Below, piece after piece: positions 41,639-54,334 of a stretch of DNA of 64,000 nucleotides. Every line of letters begins with the position of its first letter. The first letter of the stretch is position 1. Made by a program: the position numbers and the translations under genes. Location: NCBI GenBank assembly GCA_964016885.1, contig OZ024747.1:55304001-55368000 (forward strand). Direction: 5' to 3'. The stretch comes from Eledone cirrhosa. Lineage: Eukaryota. The notes beneath the pieces were generated by a model. That model had not been told where the DNA came from. It saw only the letters and a program-made list of their open reading frames with translations, and did no database searches.

Positions 41639-44600
41639 GAGTAGGATGTTTGAATGCACGTGGCCTGGGCTCAACTTGGAAGCAAGCAAAGCTTCTAAAT
41701 GACCTCAGGTCATGTAGTATAAATGTAATGGTTATCTGTGAGACTCGAATCAGCGTCGTGCGGCAGCTGGCCCCCACCTTCGATGACTTTGAGGTGCATG
41801 CATCTCTCTGTCAACCTGGAGGTGGGGGTGGGGTTGTCGTACTGCTGCAAAAACACCTGGGTCTTGCCGTACATGTTGTGCACTCGGACCCGGAGGGTCG
41901 TTTGTTGGTGCTAGACGTTGGCAGTAGTGAAAGTGCGGCCTTGAGACTGGTCGCCGTCTACTCCCCTTTCGGATCTGAACGGCCCGACTTCTTCCAGCAT
42001 TTGGAGACTTTTCTGGGAACGTCGCGTTCCCTGCTTCTAGCGGGGGATTGGAATGACATCCTGGATGCACGTTGGGACTATGCAGGAGCATGTCCTAATA
42101 GAGGGGGTGTAACAGCCTCAAGGGGTTACTCGACCGTTTTAACTTGGTCGATAGATATCGACTAGATTTTCCAGCTGTGCCTACCAGGACTTGGAGAAAC
42201 CACAGTGGTCAATCTAGATCGTACTTAGATAGATTCTTAGTTAGAAGTAAGGATAGGGACATATTAAGCTGTCCAGAAATGCGCACGGTTGGCTACACGG
42301 ATCACAAATTAGTGACCTGCGTGGTCAATCTCGAGAAAACACATAGACAGGGTCCAGGTTACTGGAAACTTAATTTGTCTTTACCGGCAAAAGAGACTTA
42401 CAGAAACCGGATTAGCAGATTAGTTAAGGAGAGGTTGACGGGTGCAATCGTCAACAACCGATGGTGGGCATCTCTCAAAAGAGAGATTAGAACAGAATCA
42501 ATAAGTTATAGCAAGATGTTAGCTGCCGATAGGAATAGAAACGAGAAAGAATTAACAGGTAAATTAGAAGAGGCAATCAAGAGCGAAGATGTCGCCAGAG
42601 TGCTGGCATCGAGGACGGCCTTGAACCAGTTTTTCGATGCAAAGCACGAAGGCTGCGTCATTCGAAGTAAAATACGTGCTCTAGGTAATGAGGGGGCCAA
42701 AGCCGTTGGATGGGCCCGCGTGACAGAAGCTAAGAGTGGAAATCGATCCACCATCCGGTCGTTGCAAGACGAAGATGGACGGGTGATCCGGGAGCCTAAG
42801 CAGATGTGCGAGGCCTTTCAAAGGCACTTTGCCCGATTGTTCGGGGAAGACGAGTGTCCGGGCGGGGGCGTGGATTTCGGTCCATACCACGACGGCCTGC
42901 CGCGTCTCTCGAGCGAAGAGGCAGAGTCCTGCGAGGGACCAATCTCGGCTGATGAGAACGGAGATGCGCTGAGCCAATGCAGCAGACGCAAATCTCCAGG
43001 TCTCGATGGTATACCTTACGAACTTTATTTAGCAATGCCGGTCTTCTTCTCCGAACTCCTCGAAGCGGTCTACTGCAATTGGCAGCAGAACGGGAGAATT
43101 CCTTGTTCTGTAGCCAAGGGCGTAGTCACGCTGGTGAGGAAGGACGAGAACAAGGGGGATAGTATAAATAATTTTCGGCCCATAACCCTGCTAAACACAG
43201 AGTTAAAGATGTTGGCCAAGGTGTTAGCAAAGAGGTTGGCGCTTGTCGTGGGTGGCCTGGTGGGAGATGCGCAGACATGTGCTATCCCATCCAGGTCCAT
43301 TCACGATAACCTCCACCTCATGCGATACATCATAGAGAGGGTTGGCAACAAACCCGGCTTCGGTGGGGCCCTGATCAACTTGGATCAGTCTAAGGCCTTC
43401 GATAGGGTCGACCATGGTTACCTGGATGCGGTGCTAGCGGCGGCTGGGTTCGGTCCTGTTTTCAGAGGCTGGATAACTGCCTTACATAGCAACCACATCT
43501 GTTCTAGGATCAAGGTGAACGGCTACCTTTCGAAGCCGTTCGAAATCACACGATCCATTCGACAGGGGTGCCCTCTCTCCTCCCTTCTGTACGTATTGAC
43601 TCTCGAGCCTTTACTGAGTTGTTGCAGGGTATCCCCCTGGAACCAGGATTGAGCAAAGCGGTGTCGGCCTACGCCGATGACGTAACAGTAATGGTATCGA
43701 CCGACTCGGAGATCGAGGCGATCGGTACCTTACTGGAGGAGTACAAAAGGTTGTCAGGAGCGAGACTGAACCGGGAAAAATCCATCGGGCTGCAACTCGG
43801 AACGTGGAGAGGCAGACCGATGCCTCCTGACGGTGTCGTCGGACAGTGGACGGAGGGCCCGGTAAAGTTGCTTGGGGTCTGGTTTGGACCGGACCTCCAG
43901 GTGGAAAAGAACTGGAACGAGGTTACGAACAAGGTGTTTGCACTAACCCAGAAATGGGCCAAGTGTAAGCTGTCCCTAAAAGGCCGGGCGGAGGTGGCGA
44001 ACATTTACATAGCGTCCGTCACTTACTACCGCCTGACTGTCGTGCCTTGCCCTAAGGAAACACTCACCACCATGGAACGCATGCTCTTCCAATTTCTTTG
44101 GAAGAAGCGCCCCCCTATGGTGAGAAGATCCATCTGCTGCCAACAACCTTCGAAAGGAGGGCTGGGGATGCCGTGGTTGATGATGCGTAGGCACGCATTA
44201 AGGCTACGGCACCTACAGGAATTCCTCACTGGTCAACCGGTGTGGGCTCCGTTCGTGAAACGAGCCTTTCCGAGACTCGTCTCGCTCACCGAGCTACAGT
44301 CCTGGGTCAAGCAAAGATCCGGAAAACTGGGAGACTGGCACACTGAGTGTGCTCAGGCGCTCAGGGCTCTCTGGCAAGCGGGCCAGGCCATCGGTGGAGA
44401 ATCCACCTCATCATTCTATAAAGGGCTGGTGGCTAGCAGGGGCGATGACACCCTTGGAGAGTCGCTGGACATGGAAGAAGACGAACTGGCCAGCCTGTTC
44501 GGTAGGACTTTCGGCCCAGGACCAATGGACAACTTCCAGAAGTCACTGGCCTGGCAGTGCTACCGGGGGGCTCTACGCGTTCGAGAGAGGCTCTACAGAC

Positions 44601-45052
44601 ACGGGCGCCCGGGCAAGGATCCCTCAAAAAAGATTTGCCCTAGATGCGTGCGTCACGAAGAAACCGTTGCGCACGCATTGGTGCAATGTCCGGGCGTGGC
44701 TGATCTGTGGGGCTACGCAGAACGACTGCTGTCGCGGGTGGCGCCGATTAAATTGACCGCCGAGTCCGTGATGACAATCAAACCGCCTCCCCTCTTCACA
44801 AAGGAAGCAAAGGCGGTTTTTCTGTGCGTAATAGCCATGTTGAAAGAGGTTGTTTGGTGGACACGATTGAAAGGTCTGAGGTCAGGCAACTTCCTCTCTG
44901 GCCATAGTCTGGTCTACTTCTTCCGATATCACTTCGGAAGAAGGATAAGAATGGAGAGAGAGGTGCTTGGCCACAGGCAGTTTTATGAAAGGTGGGTGAT
45001 AGTGGCGAGAATGGCTCGTGTAAATGGGCCTTCTCTGTATACCATCCTGTAG
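41626..45052 (+). pseudogene. Tx1-B1 ORF2 (APE-RT-CCHC) with two frameshifts (~42115 and ~43615)
   Basis: Three consecutive ORFs (41626, 42144, 43568) are collinear with Tx1-A ORF2. Confidence 0.92.
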
Positions 45053-45334
45053 GTAAAGAAGTAAAGGAGGGGGGAGCACCTTCTCCATGTGCTCCCCGGG
45101 CAAAGGATTGCACACTTTTTCGGGGGGGTGTGCAACCCCCATCACGTCCCCTCCCTTTTGAGGTTATTTTCGATTATTTTCATGTTACACCCTTTTTACT
45201 CGATTATATGTAAACTCCCCCTTTGTATGTGTCCCTTCTTTTTATGTCTTTATGGTAAATAAAGAAATCTATCTATCTATATATCTATCTATCTATCTAT
45301 CTGATTATCTCATTAGATGTATATGTATGTGTGT

Positions 45335-45632
45335 CTGTGTGATATATATATAGAGAGAGAGTTGCAACATGTATGAAGTTTCATAGATTTTTTAGGGTAG
45401 TAGTGAGAGGAATTAAGCGTGTAAGAGAGAGGGTTACAACATGTATTTAGTTTTATCGATTTTTTTCATAGAAGCAGAACATTTTTGGGAAAGTTTATTA
45501 CGCGTTGACCATCCTTGGTAAATTTGGAGCACATTGGAAAAAAATGATCAAAATCGGTAGAGGAATGTGGAACTGCAAAAAAAATGATACACACACACAG
45601 ACAGACATCTTCCGTTTTATATATATATAGAT
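45335..45632 (-). mobile_element. Non-autonomous Helitron-like element, 5' part
   Basis: Ends acacacagacagacatcttccgttttatatatatatagat, the reverse complement of an ATCTATATA 5' end. Confidence 0.5.
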
Positions 45633-45859
45633 AACATTCGATTCGTTTGCAATTATGCAAACACCTCAGTTTTAAATTTTATAGCCATGTCAGTAGAATG
45701 AACACTTCATTCCTGCTCTTGTGTTCTGTTCGCATGCCAACACAAGAACCAGAATGAAGTGTTCATTCTACTGACATTGGCTATAAAATTGAGGCTTGTT
45801 TGCATAATTGCAAACGAATCGAATGTTATTATTAATATTCGAAAAACTCAGATTACACG
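45631..45859. repeat. Foldback derivative of the 61056-61500 element
   Basis: Arms 45631-45710 and 45752-45829 are reverse complements, and both match 61056-61160. Confidence 0.8.
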
Positions 45860-45861
45860 CC

Positions 45862-45957
<96 letters not shown>

Positions 45958-46158
45958 CAGAAGAGTGCTGGGTTATATCCGCAGCACTAGAGCACTCAGT
46001 CCATGGGACGATTTTGGTAGAAGTAGTTCCGCAACAGTTAATAGACCATTCCCAGGAACAATTTGCTTCACTTAAAACTAGCTCGACTGATCTGTTTCAT
46101 GTGAAAAACATTGTTCTTAGGAATGGTGTATAAACTGTTGTGGAGCTACTTATATCTA

Positions 46159-46203
<45 letters not shown>

Positions 46204-46929
46204 CGTTTCTGAATTTGTTTAGCAAGATTCTTTAAACAATCATCTGGTTGTGGAACCAACTAACCAACCGGAAATTTATAAATTTATTATAATAAAATGA
46301 CCATTACAGATGCGGCATTTTAGACCTTCTAGGAACTTGCCTAATGTCAGCAATGCCATGCACGCAAAAAAATTGACACATCAAGTGAAGTCTGTGTTTC
46401 AAGGTGTTTTTAAATGCAGAAGAACAATCCCACTCTCTGACATCAAATGCATTTACCAAAAACGAAGAACTGGCCTACATCATTGGTTGCCAACAATATC
46501 GCAGGTTTTATGTCAGAGTTACATTCTCCCATAGAGATGTCTTAATGAAGACTAGGAGTCTCTCGCTCCAGAAAAGAAAACTTTATTGGATGGTCATTGA
46601 GGCTCCTGAGTTCCTCCAGCCTTTGACGGGTTTTGTTTTTCATCCTGTTGGGTGCCCCAAATCACCCTCCTCACCAAGCAAGCTTGGTGGGGTTGGCGGT
46701 TTAATCGCCGACGACCCGACCATGCACAGGTTGTACTGAGTTACATGTTACCATGCACAGGTTGTACTGACGCCACATGACATACATACCTACATCCATC
46801 CATCCATCCATACGTACATACATGCATAGATACATATATACATACATAGATATATAATACATATATCCATGCATAGATGCATACATATATACAACCATAT
46901 ATCTAAGTCTAAATCTGTCTTAAGGCAGA

Positions 46930-47183
46930 AGGTTCATTTGGCCGGTGCTTCTTCCGGTTTCATAGCCTGAAGCGACTGGGCGTACAAAACTCCTCCCTGG
47001 ACAGGATGCCATTCCATCGCAGAGTTAAACCCCCATCATTTGCTGGTACTCAATTTCAGCTGAATATAATGGTGCAACGTGAAATGAAGTGTTTTGCTCA
47101 AGAACACAACACGCAACCCAGGAATCCAACCCACGTCATTATGATCGTAAGTCCAGCACCCTTACCACTAGGCCACATGCCTA
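46930..47183 (-). mobile_element. tRNA-SINE with a V-domain-like body
   Basis: Reverse strand: aggcatgtggcctagtggtaagg head, ttcttgagcaaaacactt, ctgcgatggaatggcatcctgtccagggagg. Confidence 0.7.
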
Positions 47184-47187
47184 TACT

Positions 47188-47250
<63 letters not shown>

Positions 47251-47696
47251 CATATATATATGCATACATATAAAGATACATACATACACACAAGCACACA
47301 AGCACACACGCTGGGTGTATGTATGTATATTAAAGGACACTTGCACAAGTTGCCGCGCAGTGACAATAAACCTAGAAGCAGGTGGTATCTAAGCGAACTC
47401 CTCAACTATTGCTTTTCTATTAATGTTAACATTTTTAGTTCTAATTTATTTGAAAGCTGATATTTTATGTGTTTTTTCTTCAGATGAGAGTATTGTAGTT
47501 TTTTTTATATATCTCTTGAAGTTTCGGTGATTTAGTAAACTTACCACCGATCAAACAGCATTGCAATCTCTTACTCTCATTCTATCAAATATTTGTTATA
47601 TTGCCAACATAATTCCTATATACTTCTAAAGGCTGCCTTGCTATCATATTTTCAATCCCAATATTTAAAAGAATATAATGAATTATGAATAATAAT

Positions 47697-48025
47697 TATT
47701 TCTACATTGGGCACAAGGCCAGCAATTAATCCAGTGAATTACTGGTACTTTATTTTATCGACCGCGTAAGGTTGAAAGGCAAAGTTAAACCTCGGCGGAA
47801 TTTGAACTCAGATCATAAAGGGCCGTAACTCTTTGCTGCAAAGCATGGCATCCGACCCTCTACCGATACTGCCAATCAACCGCCCTCATTTATGAATAAT
47901 AATGATCTCTAATTTAGGCACAAGGCCAGCGATTACGGGGAGGAGAAAAACAGTCAATGACATCAACCCCCAGTACTTAACTGGTAATTTATGTTATTGA
48001 GTCCGGAAGAATGAAAGGAAAAGTT
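47697..48025 (-). mobile_element. SINE dimer (ggggtcgataaa family): full copy inserted at the tail of an older copy
   Basis: TSD ttatgaataataat at 47683-47696 and 47890-47903. Confidence 0.8.
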
Positions 48026-48142
48026 GAATCGTTAGATAATAATAGAAATTGTATTGAACTTAACAAACATTTGCTAATAACATCTGTACCAGTAATACAC
48101 TGGTATAATTGCTGGCCTTGTGCCAAAAGTAGAAACAATTAC

Positions 48143-48202
<60 letters not shown>

Positions 48203-48263
48203 AGTTGTTATTAGCAAATTTTTGTTAAGTTCAATACAATTTCTATTATTATCAACGATTCAA
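48024..48263. repeat. ~64-bp inverted repeat enclosing a SINE 3' end and (TAA)n
   Basis: ttgaatcgttagataataatagaaattgtattgaacttaac...ctgta has its reverse complement at 48200-48263. Confidence 0.85.
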
Positions 48264-48292
48264 AATACGACGTAAGGAAATCTTACTACCTA

Positions 48293-48359
<67 letters not shown>

Positions 48360-48866
48360 TATATATGTTTGTGTGTATATATAAAAAAACTGGCCTCTGT
48401 ACATTGTTCTTATACTAGATTCAACTAACATTGTAGATATGTATTAGAAAAATAGCCAGCATTTCTAAATGTACTACTGAAAAATAAAACATATTAATCA
48501 CGAAAACACTGAGGCATGGCTTTATTGAGAAAGTATGTGTGTTAAATATATTTGATAATCAGTGTTTCTCATCGAGATCATAACTTCCGCCATTATCAAG
48601 TTATAACGGCGTTGTGATTGGTTGTTTGATATTTTGTCCAAATCACCAACGTAGCCATGACAGAATGCTGGCATATCTCAGACAAATACTTTTAATATTG
48701 TAGAAATTATATCCATCATCAATGTTACATCACATTGGAAAAGTCAATTGAAATGAAAACTATAGAACACACGAATTAATTATAAAAACTAAGCAAGAAA
48801 AAAGACTTCCCTGATTAATGTTTTCTGTCAACTACATTTCTCATCGTAATTAAGTTTACTATTTGT

Positions 48867-49040
48867 GTGCTGGCATGGCCGAATGGTTAAGAAGTTCGTT
48901 TAGTAATCATGAGATTCGGGTTTTTTCTCCTACTGTTTGACTTATATCTTAGGTAAATGGCTTTAGTAAGGCCTGGTGATCGAACAACGGCTAGCAATAT
49001 GAGTGATCTTGGGTAGACGGAAATTGTTTAGAAGCCCGCA
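48867..49040 (+). mobile_element. Degenerate tRNA-SINE, further family (ggtagacggaaa...gaagcccg tail)
   Basis: tggccgaatggttaagaag head. Confidence 0.55.
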
Positions 49041-49450
49041 CTATAACTCCATTTCCTATCCCCATACTTGTCCTTCTGTCAAGTTAAATGCCATTACAGG
49101 GGTCCATAGAATACTCAGTCATTTATATGTTAATGTAAAGAATTAACCCTATCATTCATCAAACGATTGAAAACCTAAGAGATATCGTCCAGCTTCTGAC
49201 TGATTACCTTTTAGTTTTACTAAATCATTACCCTTAGGTTCCTGTTATACAGGGATATATATACATATATAGAAACACAGATACACAAACACGCACACAA
49301 GCACATACACAACCCCACACCCACCATATATATATATGTATGTATGTATATATATATATATATATATATGTAAGATCCCATTAAGGTTAACACGCAGCTA
49401 TTCTTTGTTTAAACTTTAATCTGTTCTTATAATATATATATATATATATA

Positions 49451-50986
49451 TATTGTTATACCTGGGGAAGGTCATATTTGTGTAATATTGCCAGAATTAA
49501 TAACAGAACACACTCACTGTTTGGTTGGTTTTCGCTTTTCGCTTCTGTGTCTTATATATCGGTATTCTAATTTATTCGGTCCTCAATGTTGCAAGTACCC
49601 TCTGTACATATTATGCTATAGACTACGTTTCTAGTTGTACAGTTTATCCGGGAGTTTACCTTACATATAATACATTTCCTATTAGTACACTGGGTTTTCT
49701 TAAAAGGGTAGGTTTTGCTGATCAAGGATTTTATGGTGGTTCCTGGCTTTTCTACCACCTTAATCTTTAAGTGGGTCTTTCTCAGGGCCTTTCTACACTG
49801 GTTAGCTAATTTCCCTCCAGGGGTAGTGTCCACAAACATAACACTCTGGTATCGCTGGTTGTCGTACCATGGGGTGGCTTTCCCTATCTTATGTCTAGCC
49901 CTATCTAAGCTATTCCATGATAATTTGCTCCTGTATAATGGGCAAATTCCTTTCATGTCCAGTTCTATGAGGGTCTTATACTTCTCCGTGGCTCCTTCGT
50001 ATACTCTGATTCTGACTCTTTGGTTGTAACCAGAGAACTGCATGGGGTTGATGAAGTGTTGGATGTGTCTTGCCATTTCTGTTGGGTCGCACATGCGTGA
50101 CATGTTCTTCATCACCGGATAAACTGTAAAACTAGAAACGTAGTCTATAGCATAATATGTACAGAGGGTACATGCAGAAACATGACAACAACATACATAG
50201 GCGAGACAGCTCGTAGCATAGGTGAAAGGATAGACCAACACTGGGGGGAACGAAAAGGACGATAAAACGGTTCAGTACTATACGAACATGCCATACAACA
50301 ACACAATGGTAACATAGACAACATAGAAATTAGAATAATATCTAAACATAGAAATGACCCAGCAGATAGGCAAATCAGAGAGGCCAGTGAAATAGAACTT
50401 AGAAGGCCAAGGCTAAACAGAAAAATTGAATGGAATAACAACAACACCCAAACAAACAACACTGACCTAAGAGAAGTATAAATAAATAAATAAATAGATA
50501 AATAAATAAATACATACACAAGCACAATAACAACAAACACATAAACACACACTAGTAAAGATAGAATGCATTAACCAATACACAGTCACCCAATCACGAA
50601 CACACATGAAACAAAACACTATACACACACGCAAACGCATGCGCAAAGAAGACAAAAAAAATAAACAAATAAATAAATATATAAACAGACTAAATAAAGA
50701 TGGCGTAGAAAATACAATGCAACGGGAGGAAACAATAGCCCCACTGACGATGTTGCAGAGGTGCAACGAAAGAACTTTGATAAACTATATATATGTGTTT
50801 GTGTCTATATTGTATCTGTATTTTTGACCGTTGGTCAGTCAATGGCAACATTGAGGACCGAATAAATTAAATTACCGATATAAAAGACACAGAAGCGAAA
50901 AGCGAAAACCAACCAAACAGTGAGTGTGTTCTGTTATTAATTCTGGCAATATTACACAAATATGACCCTCCCCAAGTATAACAATA
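49451..50986 (+). mobile_element. Penelope-like element (Nematis/Neptune type), 5'-truncated, internally inverted, with inverted pLTR
   Basis: Plus 50117-50435: NVVYSIIC...YIGETARSIGERIDQH (GIY-YIG, one stop). Minus ~49590-50115: RT thumb/linker PLYR..SVMFVDTTP..CTNRKCIIC. ~140-bp inverted termini at 49451-49592 and 50844-50986. Confidence 0.85.
50744..50771 (+). ncRNA. Hammerhead core with stem II (stems I/III not evident)
   Basis: CTGACGA-t-GTTGCA-gagg-TGCAAC-GAAA in the PLE 3' region. Confidence 0.5.
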
Positions 50987-51025
50987 TTTGTTTCGACACA
51001 CGATTTCATATCAATAACCTCGCAA

Positions 51026-51593
<568 letters not shown>

Positions 51594-51869
51594 ATGTGTG
51601 TGTGTGTGTAAAGAGGGAGAAAGACTGTTACTTGATAGTTATATATACATTGACAGGCTCACACACGCATCTATACATAAACACCCACCACTCACATACA
51701 CACTCGCACTAAACATATGGATATACTATTATTCCATTATTCTATTATGTGTTCTATCCGAGTTGTTGAGGCCATGCTGGTGCATCGCCACTGATGCTAC
51801 ACTTTCTATGGCCAGCCTTCCTTGGTTGGCCATTTATGCAAAAGCAAATTTGTTGCTGCTGCTCGTATT

Positions 51870-52325
51870 TGTGCTTCACCTTGTGCTGTGGGTGAATCCT
51901 GGATTTTGGTCAGTAGAATGTCCAGATGTCTCTTGAAGACATCTACATTTACACCATGTTGATCTCTTAGATTTCTTTGGTAGCATATTAAAAAACTGGG
52001 ATCATTTGAACACCAGGCTATTGCTGTATATGATCTTAATTCTCGAATGGGTCTTTTGTCATTTCACAGTGACGTCCTATTTCTAGGCTGGTACTGCCAC
52101 TCACTTCCAGGATCTTCCGAATGTATATCACTGCATATCTCTAAACTAACGCTTTAGTTTCTTCAACCTTTCACAATAGCTAATCTCTTTCATTAAGGCA
52201 ATCTTCTCGGTGTAGCTTCGTTGGATTGCTTCAAGTTTTGAAGTTAGTTTGACACTGTGGGACGACCACCGCTGAGAAAAATAGTCCAGTCGGCTGAGGA
52301 CAAAAGTCCTCCAAAAAAGACCAGT
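51870..52325 (-). mobile_element. CR1-clade LINE 3' remnant
   Basis: FVLSRLDYFSQRWS...LEAIQRSYT...SYCERLKKL...FNMLP...FKRHLD. Confidence 0.75.
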
Positions 52326-52513
52326 TTGGGTGCATGTATATATATACATGTGTGTGTGTGTGTGCGTGTGTGTGTGTGTGTGTGTGTGCGCGTCTGTGTG
52401 CGCGTGTGTATAGATAAATAGATAGAAAGATATTTATCATATATTGAAATAAATGACAGCACCCAAAAACAGACACGTACACTCACACACACACACACAC
52501 GCACACACACACC

Positions 52514-52634
<121 letters not shown>

Positions 52635-52969
52635 ATAACGAACCAGACAATTAGATAGATATAAATATATGTATAAATGTATGCATGTATGTATGGCTGT
52701 ATGTATATATGTATGTATTTATGTATTAATGTATGTATACATGTCTGCTTGCGTGTACGCATGTTACGCGCGCACAAAAACCAACAGCTACTTGTTTTCA
52801 AGTATATCTTTTACAGATCTCACGAAAGCGGCTGTAGTTGTGCTAAGGGAAGTAACTCCAATTATTAAACTTGTCAGCAGCAACCAGCTTGCATCGCCTC
52901 ATGTTTCAGTCAAACGTAAATATGTGTCACTATGTTCAACGCTATTGTACATATATGTGTATGTTTACG

Positions 52970-53010
<41 letters not shown>

Positions 53011-53050
53011 TTTTGGGACACCCTGTATAAATATATATATATATGAATAC

Positions 53051-53101
<51 letters not shown>

Positions 53102-53102
53102 T

Positions 53103-53535
<433 letters not shown>

Positions 53536-53538
<3 letters not shown>

Positions 53539-53694
53539 CGAGGGAAATGTGGTACGGAACCAGATCGATCATAACGCACCAAAGTACTCAATACTTAGGG
53601 TAGTAGAGTGGGTAATGGGAACGAGTAGGACCCCGACGGCTGAGCTCAAGCCGTTTTGACGGCTAATTCTGGACATCGGGGTCCTACTCGTTCC

Positions 53695-53696
<2 letters not shown>
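53536..53696 (-). mobile_element. Miniature hairpin element in (TA)n, copy 2
   Basis: Reverse-complement homolog of 37584-37780. Confidence 0.75.
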
Positions 53697-53751
<55 letters not shown>

Positions 53752-53841
53752 CTATATCTATATATACAAATACACACACACAGAAGCACACACAGAGAGA
53801 CGCACAGACAGACAGACGGACATGCACACACGCTCAAATGC

Positions 53842-53894
<53 letters not shown>

Positions 53895-54262
53895 GAAATG
53901 TCTTTATTAGCCACAAGGGTACAAAAGAAGGGAACAAATAGAAATGGGGAGTTTACATACAGGTATATGAAAGTAAAACTATTAATAAAACAACAGATAA
54001 CAATTGATATCCCCAATAGTGGGGAGGTGTTACACAGGGGTCGTACACACCCCGAAAAAATGTACAACCCTCATCTCCAGGAGCACCAACATTGAGTACT
54101 CCCTTCCTCTCTTCCTCTTTTTCCTCAACCTACAGGCTTATATAGAGAGAAGGCCCAACCACTCGGGCCATCTTTGCCACATTCATCCACCTTTTATAAA
54201 ATTTGCTGGGGTACAGCACCTCTATCTCCATCCTGATTCTTCTTCCAAAATCATATTTGAAT
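53895..54262 (-). mobile_element. Tx1-B-related LINE 3' fragment (B3) between two (GATA)n arrays
   Basis: FKYDFGRRIRMEIEVLYPSKFYKRWMNVAKMARVVGPSLYISL* plus 3'UTR and AATAAA. (GATA)n at 53843-53893 and 54267-54333. Confidence 0.85.

Positions 54263-54333
<71 letters not shown>

Positions 54334-54334
<1 letters not shown>

Larger units (their letters stand above)
39473..45267 (+). mobile_element. Apparently full-length Tx1-clade LINE, lineage B (B1), flanked by (TCTA)n
   Basis: 5'UTR, ORF1, ORF2, 3'UTR and AATAAA. (TCTA)n at ~39437-39472 and 45268-45302. Confidence 0.92.
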
